A stretch of 44,317 nt of DNA, from positions 1 through 44,317 of the IMG/VR virus record IMGVR_UViG_3300036376_000012; one strand, given 5' to 3'. Shown piece after piece: positions 17,204 through 26,512 of the stretch. This DNA is from a virus. Its lineage: Duplodnaviria > Caudoviricetes. The notes beneath the pieces are model-generated. The model was given only the letters and a program-made list of their open reading frames with translations. It did no database searches and was not told where the DNA came from. The first letter of the stretch is position 1, and each line of letters starts with the position of its first letter. The translations under genes were made by a program, and so were the position numbers.

Positions 17204-17617
17204 ATGGTCATGACGCGTTCTCCCAAATCCAAGCCGCCCGTCACGCCGGCGGAAGCCGAGCCGGCTCCCGCGCCCGTCAGCGTCTCCATGCCGCCAGAGC
17301 AGTCGCCACCTTCGGAGGCCGAGAGCGAACCCGCCCCCGTTGCGGAGGGCGAACCCGCCCCCGTTGCTGAGAGCGAACCCGCTCCCGTTGCGGAGGGCGA
17401 GTTGGCTCAGGACAGCGACGACGTGCCAGAGCTGCCACCCGAACCCGACACCGGGCTCGCTGCCGCCGTCGAAATGCGGTGGGTGAAGATGCTCACCGGC
17501 CTTTCCGGTCCGACGCTTTGCCTGACGCGCAACGACAAGCATCCCTTCGCGGCCGACGAGGCGCAGCGCCTCGTCGACGGCAATCTCGCCGTCTTCTGCG
17601 ACGCGCCGACCGACTGA
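17204..17617 (+). CDS. Post-capsid protein with Pro/Glu-rich repeat N-terminus
   Basis: GGAGG RBS; (ESEPAPVA/EGEPAPVA)n repeats; compact 47-aa C-terminal domain. Confidence 0.7.
   Translation: MVMTRSPKSKPPVTPAEAEPAPAPVSVSMPPEQSPPSEAESEPAPVAEGEPAPVAESEPAPVAEGELAQDSDDVPELPPEPDTGLAAAVEMRWVKMLTGLSGPTLCLTRNDKHPFAADEAQRLVDGNLAVFCDAPTD
17321..17401 (+). repeat. 24-bp in-frame tandem repeat (about 3.4 copies)
   Basis: GAGRGCGAACCCGCYCCCGTTGCK units. Confidence 0.85.
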
Positions 17618-17621
17618 CGCC

Positions 17622-18149
17622 ATGCTCAGCGCGCCGATCGTCGTCACGCCGCCCAGCGAAGCGGCGATCGCGCTCGCCCTCGTCAAGCAGTTCCTGCGTG
17701 TCGACGGCGACGCGTTCGACATCGAGATCGGCGTTCATCTCGCCGGCGCGGTGGCGGCGATCGAGCAGATGACGGGCACCTATCTGACTGGCCAGGAGGT
17801 CGAGGTTACCGCCGACAGCTTCGATGATCTCGATCATCTGCAGGTCGGGCCGGTCAACGCGATCGTGTCGCTGACCTATGTCGGCGTCGACCAGGTCGCG
17901 CGGACGTTGGCGGCGGACCAGTATGTCCTCACCGGCGCCGCGCTGGCACGAGGCATCGCGCCGGCGCGGGGACGCGCATGGCCGGCGATCGCTGCCGGCG
18001 CCGATCCGATCACGGTGCACCTCGACGTGGGCTATGAGAGCCTGCCGGCGAGCCTGCAGGCGGCATTGCTGATTCTTGTCCGCAGCCGCTTCGACGGCGA
18101 GGCGATCGATATCAGCGCCATGATCGTCAACGACCGGATCCTGATGTGA
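17622..18149 (+). CDS. Head-tail connector (gp6-like)
   Basis: IALALVKQFLRVD...IEQMTG...LPASLQAALLILV; synteny. Confidence 0.85.
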   Translation: MLSAPIVVTPPSEAAIALALVKQFLRVDGDAFDIEIGVHLAGAVAAIEQMTGTYLTGQEVEVTADSFDDLDHLQVGPVNAIVSLTYVGVDQVARTLAADQYVLTGAALARGIAPARGRAWPAIAAGADPITVHLDVGYESLPASLQAALLILVRSRFDGEAIDISAMIVNDRILM

Positions 18150-18487
18150 AGACGCCGAGCCTCGACAAGCGGATCGGGATCGAGCGACCGGAAGCCGACA
18201 ATGCGCTCGACGGCGCGGGATCCGGGAGCTGGGTTCCGGTGGACGAGGTGTGGGCTCGCATCGAGGACGTTCTTCCGCGCCGCGGCGAGCAGATCGCCGA
18301 CGGCATCAACCTCGCCACGCGCCTCGCGCGCGTGCGCATCCGCTATCGCAGCGACGTGACGCCCGACATGCGGTTCGTGATGGGCAACCGGATCATGCAG
18401 ATCGTGTCGGGGCCCGCCGAGCTCGGGCGGCGCGAAGCGCTGGAATTCATGGTCGAGGATTATCGGCCCGCCGGGAACGGCGCGTAA
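18146..18487 (+). CDS. Head-tail adaptor/closure protein (SPP1 gp16-like)
   Basis: LDKRIGIERP...EVWARI...RVRIRYRSDVTPDMRF. Confidence 0.88.
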   Translation: MKTPSLDKRIGIERPEADNALDGAGSGSWVPVDEVWARIEDVLPRRGEQIADGINLATRLARVRIRYRSDVTPDMRFVMGNRIMQIVSGPAELGRREALEFMVEDYRPAGNGA

Positions 18488-19026
18488 TGGCCAGTCTCAA
18501 AGGGCGCGGCGAGGTGAGCCGGTTCATCGCCGGACTGCCCACGCAGATCGAGCAGCGGCTGCTGCGCAGCGCCGCGCGCACGGCGGCCACCGTCGTCGCC
18601 GACGAGGCCAAGGCGCGGGCGATCTCGAGCGAGGTACGTGACGCAATCAAGGTCGCGACCAAGGCCGGCGAGGGGACAATCGCGGCCAAGGTGCAGGTGA
18701 AGGGCGCGGGCGCCTTCATCGCGCCGTGGCTCGAATATGGGACGACGCCGCACTTCATCAGCGTCGATGACGCCCAGCGCGGCGGCCTCGGGATCCGGCG
18801 GATCAACACGCGGGTCAAGGAAGCGGGAGGCGATGGCTCGCTGGTGATCAATGGCCAGTTCGTCGGCAAGACCGTGTTCCATCCTGGCGCGCGGCCGCAT
18901 CCGTTCCTGCGCCCCGCGCTGGACCTCAAGCAAGGCGATGCGATCGCGGCGGCGCAGGCTTACATCAACGCGCGGATCGACAAGACGGGCGTGCGCGCGG
19001 GCGGCGACGAGGGCGACGCGCCATGA
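18487..19026 (+). CDS. HK97 gp10-like neck protein
   Basis: WLEYGT...HPGARPHPFLRPALD. Confidence 0.88.
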   Translation: MASLKGRGEVSRFIAGLPTQIEQRLLRSAARTAATVVADEAKARAISSEVRDAIKVATKAGEGTIAAKVQVKGAGAFIAPWLEYGTTPHFISVDDAQRGGLGIRRINTRVKEAGGDGSLVINGQFVGKTVFHPGARPHPFLRPALDLKQGDAIAAAQAYINARIDKTGVRAGGDEGDAP

Positions 19027-19424
19027 CGGGCGTCGACATCGTGGGCGACCTGCTGCGCGCCGACGCGACCGTGCTCGCGCTGGTGCCGGCGCCTCGGATC
19101 AAGGCGGGGATGCTGCCCGACGATATCGCGCTGCCGGCGCTGCTCATCCGACTGGTGAGCTCGATCGAACGGCAGCCGCTCAGGCGGGGCGTCAGCGTGC
19201 GGACGGTGGACCGCGTGGCGGTGACGGTCCGCGCGGCAAGCTATCGCGAGCAGCGGGCGGTGATCGCCGCGGCGCGCCGGTGCTGCGCGGGGCGGACAGG
19301 CGATCTGAGCGGCGGGCTCGGCGTGTCGATCCTGACCGCCGGGGCCGGTCCCGACGTCATCGGCCCGGCGAGCAGCTTCGAGCAGAGCCAGGATTTTCGC
19401 GTCAGCTACGACGCGCTTACGTGA
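19023..19424 (+). CDS. Tail completion/terminator protein
   Basis: Synteny, size, LPALLIRLVS...QSQDFRVSY pattern. Confidence 0.7.
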   Translation: MTGVDIVGDLLRADATVLALVPAPRIKAGMLPDDIALPALLIRLVSSIERQPLRRGVSVRTVDRVAVTVRAASYREQRAVIAAARRCCAGRTGDLSGGLGVSILTAGAGPDVIGPASSFEQSQDFRVSYDALT

Positions 19425-19438
19425 GAAGGAGACCCAGC

Positions 19439-19630
19439 ATGTCCGAACAGAAGAAGGTCAGCGCGATCATCATCAGCGATTTCCACGACGCCGGCACGGG
19501 GCAGCGGTTCGCCGCCGGCGCGCTCGAGACGATCGAGGAGGGCGCGTTCGCCAATTATCTGGCGGCGGGCCTGGTCCGCAAGGCGACGGCCGAGGAGGGC
19601 AAGGCGGCCAGGAACGGCGCCGCCGCCTGA
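19439..19630 (+). CDS. Small hypothetical protein (63 aa)
   Basis: AAGGAG RBS; MSEQKKVSAIIISDFHDAGTG... Confidence 0.7.
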   Translation: MSEQKKVSAIIISDFHDAGTGQRFAAGALETIEEGAFANYLAAGLVRKATAEEGKAARNGAAA

Positions 19631-19659
19631 TTTCAGTCCGCCCGCAAAGGCAACGCCCT

Positions 19660-19685
19660 GCCCGCCTCCTGGCGGGCTTTTTTTT
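19660..19685 (+). terminator. Intra-operon terminator hairpin before the tail tube gene
   Basis: GCCCGCC-tcct-GGCGGGC followed by T8. Confidence 0.7.
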
Positions 19686-19696
19686 GGAGAACAATC

Positions 19697-20143
19697 ATGG
19701 TTGCAACCACTGCAGCCGGCACGACGATCTCGATCTCGGCCGGCGTTCCCGCCACTCAGGACGTCGCCGGCTACGCCGCGCTGACCTATACCGAGATCGG
19801 CGACATCGAGTCGATCGGCACGTTCGGCGCCTCGGTCAACAAGATCGAGTTCCAGCCCCTCAAGGGCGCGAAGCAGAAGTTCAAGGGATCGACCGATTAT
19901 GGCTCGCTCCAGCCCAAGCTCGCGCACAACAAGGCGGACGCAGGGCAAACGCTGCTGCGCACGGCGGGCGATCCCGACAACAACGCCCTCTTCGCCTACA
20001 AGGTCGTGCTGCCGAGCGGCGACAAGCGCTACTTCCAGGGCCGCGTGTTCGGCTACCCCGAGAGCATCGACGGCGCCGACAGCGTGGTGATGGCCAATCC
20101 CACGATCGAGATCAGCGTCAAGGTCATCAAGGACGACAGCTAA
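19697..20143 (+). CDS. Major tail tube protein
   Basis: AGTTISISAGVPAT...KFKGSTDYG...DAGQTLL...YFQGRV; GGAGA RBS; synteny. Confidence 0.88.
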   Translation: MVATTAAGTTISISAGVPATQDVAGYAALTYTEIGDIESIGTFGASVNKIEFQPLKGAKQKFKGSTDYGSLQPKLAHNKADAGQTLLRTAGDPDNNALFAYKVVLPSGDKRYFQGRVFGYPESIDGADSVVMANPTIEISVKVIKDDS

Positions 20144-20174
20144 GCCCTCCCGGCCCTGCGGGGCCGATCCCCAG

Positions 20175-20240
20175 GCATCGCCCGCTCCCGCTCCGCGCGG
20201 CTGTCGGGCGCGGGCGGTGCACCCCACAGCCGCGAAAGGA
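20175..20240 (+). ncRNA. Predicted H-type pseudoknot in the leader of the tail assembly chaperone
   Basis: Stem 1: 20175-20190 with 20205-20220; loop CGCGGCTGT (20196-20204) is perfectly complementary to ACAGCCGCG (20226-20234), which abuts the SD AAAGGA. Confidence 0.6.
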
Positions 20241-20248
20241 TTGAACCT

Positions 20249-20656
20249 ATGGACGTTTCCACCCTGGCCGTCGCCGACACGGCGATCATTCACCTCAAGG
20301 ACGCCGCCGGCGAGCTGCTCTACGACGGCGGCGAGCCCGTCGCGATCGAGATCTACGGCCCCGGCAGCAAGGCCTTCGGCGTCGTCGAGGCGCGGCAGTC
20401 GGCGCGCGCGATCAAGCGCTACCAGGAGAATGACCAGCAGCTGAGCGTGCCGCCCTATGAGGAGCGGCTAAAGGAAGCGGCGGAAGACCTCGCGGCGATC
20501 ACGGTGTCGTTCAGGCGGCTCTCCTGCGGCGAACTCACCGGGACCGCCCTGTTCGAGGCGGTCTATGCCAATCCCAAGCTCGGCTACATCACGCGCCAGG
20601 TGCAAAAGGCGCTGGCCGACTGGGGAAAGTTCAAGGCCGGCTCCGCGCCGGCCTGA
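20249..20656 (+). CDS. Tail assembly chaperone (gpG-like)
   Basis: Between the tube and tape measure genes; ends with the slippery site. Confidence 0.8.
   Translation: MDVSTLAVADTAIIHLKDAAGELLYDGGEPVAIEIYGPGSKAFGVVEARQSARAIKRYQENDQQLSVPPYEERLKEAAEDLAAITVSFRRLSCGELTGTALFEAVYANPKLGYITRQVQKALADWGKFKAGSAPA
20623..20654 (+). other. -1 programmed ribosomal frameshift signal
   Basis: In-frame G GGA AAG (20623-20629), identical to the lambda G/T site, then hairpin AGGCCGGC-tccgc-GCCGGCCT; the -1 frame is open into 20665-21087. Confidence 0.85.
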
Positions 20657-20664
20657 GCCTTTAC

Positions 20665-21087
20665 GTGCGGCAGCTGGCCTGGCTCAACGCCGTGCCCAAG
20701 CCGCCGGAGGGAAGCAAGCGGGCGCGGGCCGGCGCGCAGGCCGCCACGCGGACCCGCGCCGAGCAGATGAAGCGCGACGGGCTGCGCGCGGAGATGCCGC
20801 CCAATCCCGCGCCGCACCTCATCGACCGGCTGATCGAGATCGGCCTGACCGAGGCGGCGGGGATGGGCGCGGCGCCGCTCAGCTGGCGCGAAATTGACGC
20901 CTGGCAGCGCATGACGGCGGTGCCGCTGGCGCCCTGGGAAGCCCGGCTGATGCGGCGGCTCTCGAACGATTATCTGGCCGAGAGCCGCCGCGCCGAGGAC
21001 GAAACCTGCCCGCCGCCGTGGCGATCGGGGCCGAGCAAAAGCGAAATCGCAAGCGAGGACGCGCGGTTGCGGATGGTCTTGGGGTGA
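20665..21087 (+). CDS. Tail assembly chaperone frameshift extension (gpT-like)
   Basis: No RBS of its own; continuous with the -1 frame; PLSWREIDAWQRMT...PWEARLMRRLS. Confidence 0.8.
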   Translation: MRQLAWLNAVPKPPEGSKRARAGAQAATRTRAEQMKRDGLRAEMPPNPAPHLIDRLIEIGLTEAAGMGAAPLSWREIDAWQRMTAVPLAPWEARLMRRLSNDYLAESRRAEDETCPPPWRSGPSKSEIASEDARLRMVLG

Positions 21088-21115
21088 TATAGTCGAAGGG
21101 CTGAGGGAGGCTCCC

Positions 21116-21340
21116 GTGACGCCAGATTTTACAACGCTCATGACGGACTTCGGAGCTTTTGTTGCAGCTCTTAATGCGCGAGCACTACACCGGGCCGGCC
21201 TGCTGGACGATCTGGAAATTGGCCTAATGAACGTGCAATTAGACTTTCTGGAACGTTACGCCGAAATCTACAAACAGGAAGACCAATTAAGGGCGGTCAA
21301 GTCATTACGTGAAATCCTGCCTCCTGATCCTCTCCGCTGA
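21116..21340 (+). CDS. Low-GC moron, hypothetical protein
   Basis: GGAGG RBS; extended -10-like TGATATAGT at 21085-21093; atypical codon use. Confidence 0.6.
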   Translation: MTPDFTTLMTDFGAFVAALNARALHRAGLLDDLEIGLMNVQLDFLERYAEIYKQEDQLRAVKSLREILPPDPLR

Positions 21341-21690
21341 TGGCGGCACGCTCCATGCTAACTCGCCTATTCGTCGCTTCGATCGCTCTAATATGCCTAT
21401 ATGGCTGTAATGGCGAACATGCGTTAGCTAAGAAGATCGTAAGTGACGAGCTAGGTAGCCCGCAATCCATCGAATTTCGCAATCTGCGAACAAAACCTGG
21501 CGGCGCGATCGTCTGTGGCGACGTTCTGGCATCCGATCGATCTCACGCAGGCTGGAGGTACTTTGTGGCCTATCTTGAACAAGGACAGGCGGTCATCGAC
21601 GTGTCCTCAGAGAGAATGGGCGCGGACGCCGAAATGGGAAACCCATTGCTCCGCGGCGAAGCCAGCCGTTTCTACAACGCGTGCAGTTGA
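21340..21690 (+). CDS. Low-GC moron, predicted lipoprotein
   Basis: Signal LFVASIALICLYGC (lipobox-like); SPQSIEFRN...VCGDV pattern. Confidence 0.7.
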   Translation: MAARSMLTRLFVASIALICLYGCNGEHALAKKIVSDELGSPQSIEFRNLRTKPGGAIVCGDVLASDRSHAGWRYFVAYLEQGQAVIDVSSERMGADAEMGNPLLRGEASRFYNACS

Positions 21691-21778
21691 TCTAACCCTG
21701 AACTGAAAACAAGTTGTGGCCGTAAGTCTGCCAGTCTCCGATTGGTGGACCGATGGCGCATGAGCAAAAGAGACGCGA

Positions 21779-24700
21779 ATGGAAGCCGATACGCCGACCC
21801 TCGAGGTTGGCTTCACCATCAACGTGTACGACTCGTTCGGCCAGCTGAAGACGCTCGACGATATTATCGGGTCGGTGGCGGCCGAATCGGTCCGCAATCT
21901 TCAGCGGGTCGAGCAGGCCAGCAAGGGCGCCATCAATTTCGGCGGGGGTATCGCGCAGGTCAAGACATTCGGCAACGCCGTGAATCGTGAAATGGCCAAT
22001 GTCGCGCGCGACACGAATCGCGCTGAAAAAGCTGGCGAGACTATGCTGCGACAGCTGGAACGACAGGCGACGCAATTTGGTAAAACGCGTGAAGAACTGC
22101 GCTCCATGCGTTCGGAAGAAAAAGCGCTAGCTGCGGAGCGGACCGGCAACACCGTACTTGCCCAGGAAATAAGGGCCGCTGAGCTCCGCCTTTACGAGAT
22201 GGAGTTCGCGGCGCAGCGGAAGGTCGCGCAGGAGGCCGAGGCGGTTGCGGAAGCAAAACTGGAGGCGGCCGCGCAAGCTGCTGCCGCGTCGGCACGCGAG
22301 GCCCAAGCACTACGATCGGCGGCAGTCGCCTACCAGAGTTTCGAGGCGGCGGCCAGGCGAGGCATGGCGGCGCTGCGCGAGCAACAAGCGGCGCAGCTTG
22401 CCGCCGCGCAGGAAGCTGATCAGCTCGCGATATCGGCCAACCGGCTGCGCGCATCGATCGATCCGAGCTTCGCCGCGCAGCAGCGGTTCAATCGCGAAAT
22501 AGCGGATGCTCAGCTGCTGATCAGCAAGGGCGCGATCACGCTCGATGAGTATGTGGCCAAACTACGCATTGAGAAGGAAGTGCTCGACGCGACCAACGCG
22601 GCGCAGCTACGCGGCGCTTCCAGCGCCGGCGCGCATCGTGCGGCGATGCAGGGGCTCTCATTTCAGGCCCAAGACGTCTTTACCCAGCTAAGCATGGGCG
22701 CCAATCCGCTCCAAGTCCTGGCCATTCAGGGTGGCCAAGCCGCTGGTCAGATGGCGGGTCTCGGTGGCTCGCTCGGGAAGGTGGCGGATTTCATCATTGG
22801 GCCGTGGGGCTTGGCGATCACCGGCGGCCTGCTGCTCTTGGGGCAGCTCACAAAGGGCTTGTTCGACAACTCCGAAGCATCGGCACAAGCGGCGGCGGCC
22901 CTGAAGAGCTTCCAGGATCGGCAGTCGGATATCGGCAACTTCATCGATGCCACGACCGGGAAAATCATCGAGCAGAACCGAAACCTAGTCCAGAACGCCA
23001 TCCTGTTGCGTCGGGCACAAATCGACGAGAATGCCGGCAAGATCAAGGAACAGGGCAAGGACGCCTTTAGTAAGGCGGGGCGCGCAGCTGTGGGCGGAAC
23101 GAGCTCGGTCCTGGCCGCCGCCTTCAACGGCGAGGACGTGCAGGCGGATCCCGCTATCCTCAGGGTCATCCGAGCAGCCAATGGCGATGTCGCACGCCTC
23201 GACCTTGGGTTGCAGGCGCTGGCGAAGCGTCGGCCAGATCTTCGGAACGTCGTTTTGGGCATCAGTAACGCAGCGGCGCAGACGATCCTCCTCGCCAGAG
23301 AAAACCAGAAGCTGAGCAAGGAAGTCGATCTCTTGTCGGGAAAGACCGGCACGCAGGCGACTGTCACCTCCAGCCTGATCGAAAAGCAGGTCGCACTCCA
23401 GACCGCAACCACACCTTTGGCGCGCGCACGGGCGCAACTGGCGCTGGTTCAGGAACGCGCAGCCGCAGCCGATAAGGCCGGAGGCGCGGCGCTCGCCAAA
23501 TACCGCGTGGACCTGACGGCCGCTACAATGGCAGTGAACGCCGCAGAAACTGCCCAGAAATCGGCCGCCGACGCGCGCCGCGCCTCTCGCCGCGAGGACA
23601 GTGCGGCCGCGAAGGATCTGCGCGAGCAGCAGCGCGCATATGAGGCGCTGGTCAAATCGGCAAAGGATTATGCCGACGGACAACTGATCGAGGGTGATCG
23701 CATCGGCAAGACGGCCAAGGATCTGAGATTGATGGAGGATGCCGCGCGCCGCGCGGTCGCGCCGACCGAAGAGCTCAAGCGCGCGATCGACAAAGCTGCG
23801 ACTTCGCGCGAGGCAAGCTACAGCAGACAGGCTGCGCAGGATTTCGAGGCCAACATCCTCAAGCCGCTTCGGGACGAGATCGCCTTGCGGGGGCTGGTCG
23901 GCGCGGCGCGCGAGCTGGCGGCGCTAGGTCTAGAGAAGGAAGCCTTTCTCGCCAAAAACAGCGGGGACGGAATTGTAATCGCTATGCAGCGTTGGCAAGA
24001 CTATTACGCGCTCAAGAAGAAGCTGATCGACCAGGACGACGCAGCGGCTCGCGAAACCGAGAATCTCAGGCGGATCGCCGATGAGTTCGACCGGATGGCG
24101 AGCGCGGCTCACGACGCGGGCAACGCGATCGCGCACGCCTTCGGTCGTGTAGGCAACGCCGTTGCTGACACCATCGACATCATGATCGACTATCGCAAGC
24201 GTCAGGACGAGATCGACGCAGCGGTGAAGTCGGGCGCATTGACCCAAGCGGACAGCATCCAGCAGTCATCTGCGCTGCAACTGCAGTCGATTACTGCACT
24301 CGTTGGCGCCGCCAAGGGGCTCTTCCGCGAGCACAGCAAGGGCTACAAAGCGATGGAGGCGGCGGAGAAGGCGCTGTCGGTCGTGCAGGTCGCGCGCACG
24401 GCGATCGCGGTCGCCAATGGCGCGGCGAACATGTTCGCCGATCTCGGCCCGCTGGGCTTCCCCGCGGTCGCGGCGATGCTGGGCGTGATGGCAAGCCTGG
24501 GGTTCAGCGGCGGCGGATCATCGAAAAAGCCGCCGGTGACGAACAAGGGCACGGGCACCGTGCTGGGCGACCGCAGCGCCACCAGCGAGAGCCTCAAGCG
24601 CTCGATCGACCTCCTGAAGGAGGTCGACACGCTGACCGCGACCTATGCGCGGCAGATGGCGGCGTCGCTCAAGTCGATCGACAACCAGATCGGCAATTTC

Positions 24701-26512
24701 GCGGCGCTGGTGGTGCGGGCGGGCAATGTCGACGCGTCGGCGGGGGTGACCGAGGGCTTCAAGACCAACGCTTATGGCAAGCTGCTGTCGGGGGGCACAT
24801 CGGGGTTGTATCTGGGCGCCATCGGATCACTGATCGGCGGTCCGATCGGCGGCGTCATCGGGACAGTGCTGGGCGCGGTCACCAATGTGGTGAAGAAGAT
24901 CCCGATCATCGGCGACATCGTCGGCGCGATCGGCACCGTGTTCAAGTCGCTATTCGGCACCAAGACGACGATCGTCGGGTCGGGCATCTTCGGCGGTGAC
25001 CAGACGCTCGGTTCGGTGCTCTCCGGCGGCTATGATGCGTCCTATTACACCGATGTCAAAAAGAAGAAGAAGTTCCTCGGCATTACCAGCGGGGTCAAAT
25101 ACAAGACGCTCTACGCCGATGCCGACCCCGATCTGGAGCGGCAGTTCACGCTGATCCTGCGCCAGTTCAACGACGCGATCGTCGCGGCGGCGGGGCCGCT
25201 CGGCCAATCGACCGACGTCATCCAGCAGCGGCTGAACAATTTTGTCGTCAAGATCGGCAAGATCGACCTCAAGGGACTCACCGGGCAGGAGATCGAGGAC
25301 AAGCTCACCGCGGTGTTCGGCGCGGCGGCTGACGACTTGGCCAACGCCGCGTTCCCCGGCTTCGAGCGGTTCCAGAAGGTTGGCGAGGGCGCGTTCGAGA
25401 CGCTGGTGCGCGTCGCCACCACGGTCGAGCAGGTGACCAATTCGCTCGACCTGCTCGGCCAGTCGACGGTCCGGCTCAGCCTCGACAACAAGGTGGCGCT
25501 CGCCGACCAGTTCGACAGCCTCGACGCGATGTCGAGCGCGATCGAGGGCTATTTCAGCACCTACTACACCAAGGAAGAGCAGGCGGCGGCGAAGACGGCG
25601 CAGTTTACCAAGGTCTTCGCCAGCCTCGGCCTCGCGCTGCCCGACACGCTCGCCGACTACCGCGCGCTCGTCGAGGCGCAGAACCTGACGACGCAGTCGG
25701 GCCAGGAGACCTACGCCACGCTGCTCAAGCTCGCGCCCGCCTTCGCCGAGCTCGAGGCAGCGATGAATGGCGCCAAGAGCGCCGCGGACGTGCTCGCCGA
25801 GCGGCAGGATCTGCAACGCCAGCTGCTTGAGCTGCAGGGCGACACGCAGGCGCTGCGCGCGCTCGACCTCGCCAAGCTCGATGTCAGCAACCGCGCGCTG
25901 CAGGAGCGCATCTACGCCTTGCAGGACGCCAAGGAGGCGGCCACGGCGGCCGAGGAGCTGCGGCAGGCGTGGACGTCGGTCGGCGACAGCATCATGACCG
26001 AGGTCAAGCGCATCCGTGGGCTCACGGGCGGCGACGGCGCCAGCTTCGCCACGCTGCTCGGCCAGTTCAACGCGGCGACGAGCGCGGCGCGCGGCGGCGA
26101 CCAGGAGGCCGCCAAGAGCCTTCCCGGGCTCAGCCAGGCCCTGCTCAAGGCGGCCGAGGATGCCGCGACGAGCCGGCAGGAGCTGCAGCGCATTCAGGCG
26201 CAGACCGCCGCGAGCCTCGAGCAGACCAATTCGGTGATCCTCGCGCTCGCCAACGGCGCGGCGACGAGCGGCCCGACGGCGATCGACGCGGCCGCCGGCG
26301 CGAGCGACGCGGCGAGCGCGCCGGCGGCGGCCAACGATGACCTCATCGCCGAGGTGATCGCGCTGCGCGACGAGATCGTCCAGCTGCGCGGCGAGAATGC
26401 CAGCGGCCATGCCGCGACCGCCGGCAATACTGCGGCGATCAAGAAGCATCTTGATACCGTGACGCAGGCGAGCGGCGGCGAGGCGATCAGCGTGACGGGC
26501 GTCGCGGCATGA
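21779..26512 (+). CDS. Tail tape measure protein
   Basis: 1577 aa, Ala-rich helical; QAQDVFTQLSMGANPLQVLAIQGGQ lambda-type TMP motif. Confidence 0.95.
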   Translation: MEADTPTLEVGFTINVYDSFGQLKTLDDIIGSVAAESVRNLQRVEQASKGAINFGGGIAQVKTFGNAVNREMANVARDTNRAEKAGETMLRQLERQATQFGKTREELRSMRSEEKALAAERTGNTVLAQEIRAAELRLYEMEFAAQRKVAQEAEAVAEAKLEAAAQAAAASAREAQALRSAAVAYQSFEAAARRGMAALREQQAAQLAAAQEADQLAISANRLRASIDPSFAAQQRFNREIADAQLLISKGAITLDEYVAKLRIEKEVLDATNAAQLRGASSAGAHRAAMQGLSFQAQDVFTQLSMGANPLQVLAIQGGQAAGQMAGLGGSLGKVADFIIGPWGLAITGGLLLLGQLTKGLFDNSEASAQAAAALKSFQDRQSDIGNFIDATTGKIIEQNRNLVQNAILLRRAQIDENAGKIKEQGKDAFSKAGRAAVGGTSSVLAAAFNGEDVQADPAILRVIRAANGDVARLDLGLQALAKRRPDLRNVVLGISNAAAQTILLARENQKLSKEVDLLSGKTGTQATVTSSLIEKQVALQTATTPLARARAQLALVQERAAAADKAGGAALAKYRVDLTAATMAVNAAETAQKSAADARRASRREDSAAAKDLREQQRAYEALVKSAKDYADGQLIEGDRIGKTAKDLRLMEDAARRAVAPTEELKRAIDKAATSREASYSRQAAQDFEANILKPLRDEIALRGLVGAARELAALGLEKEAFLAKNSGDGIVIAMQRWQDYYALKKKLIDQDDAAARETENLRRIADEFDRMASAAHDAGNAIAHAFGRVGNAVADTIDIMIDYRKRQDEIDAAVKSGALTQADSIQQSSALQLQSITALVGAAKGLFREHSKGYKAMEAAEKALSVVQVARTAIAVANGAANMFADLGPLGFPAVAAMLGVMASLGFSGGGSSKKPPVTNKGTGTVLGDRSATSESLKRSIDLLKEVDTLTATYARQMAASLKSIDNQIGNFAALVVRAGNVDASAGVTEGFKTNAYGKLLSGGTSGLYLGAIGSLIGGPIGGVIGTVLGAVTNVVKKIPIIGDIVGAIGTVFKSLFGTKTTIVGSGIFGGDQTLGSVLSGGYDASYYTDVKKKKKFLGITSGVKYKTLYADADPDLERQFTLILRQFNDAIVAAAGPLGQSTDVIQQRLNNFVVKIGKIDLKGLTGQEIEDKLTAVFGAAADDLANAAFPGFERFQKVGEGAFETLVRVATTVEQVTNSLDLLGQSTVRLSLDNKVALADQFDSLDAMSSAIEGYFSTYYTKEEQAAAKTAQFTKVFASLGLALPDTLADYRALVEAQNLTTQSGQETYATLLKLAPAFAELEAAMNGAKSAADVLAERQDLQRQLLELQGDTQALRALDLAKLDVSNRALQERIYALQDAKEAATAAEELRQAWTSVGDSIMTEVKRIRGLTGGDGASFATLLGQFNAATSAARGGDQEAAKSLPGLSQALLKAAEDAATSRQELQRIQAQTAASLEQTNSVILALANGAATSGPTAIDAAAGASDAASAPAAANDDLIAEVIALRDEIVQLRGENASGHAATAGNTAAIKKHLDTVTQASGGEAISVTGVAA

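Noticed and set aside
8556-21087. Gene transfer agent rather than prophage (GafZ-like regulator, spike-like genes)
   Set aside because: Integrases, excisionase, immunity switch, Rep and HNH/cos-type packaging indicate a self-packaging temperate phage
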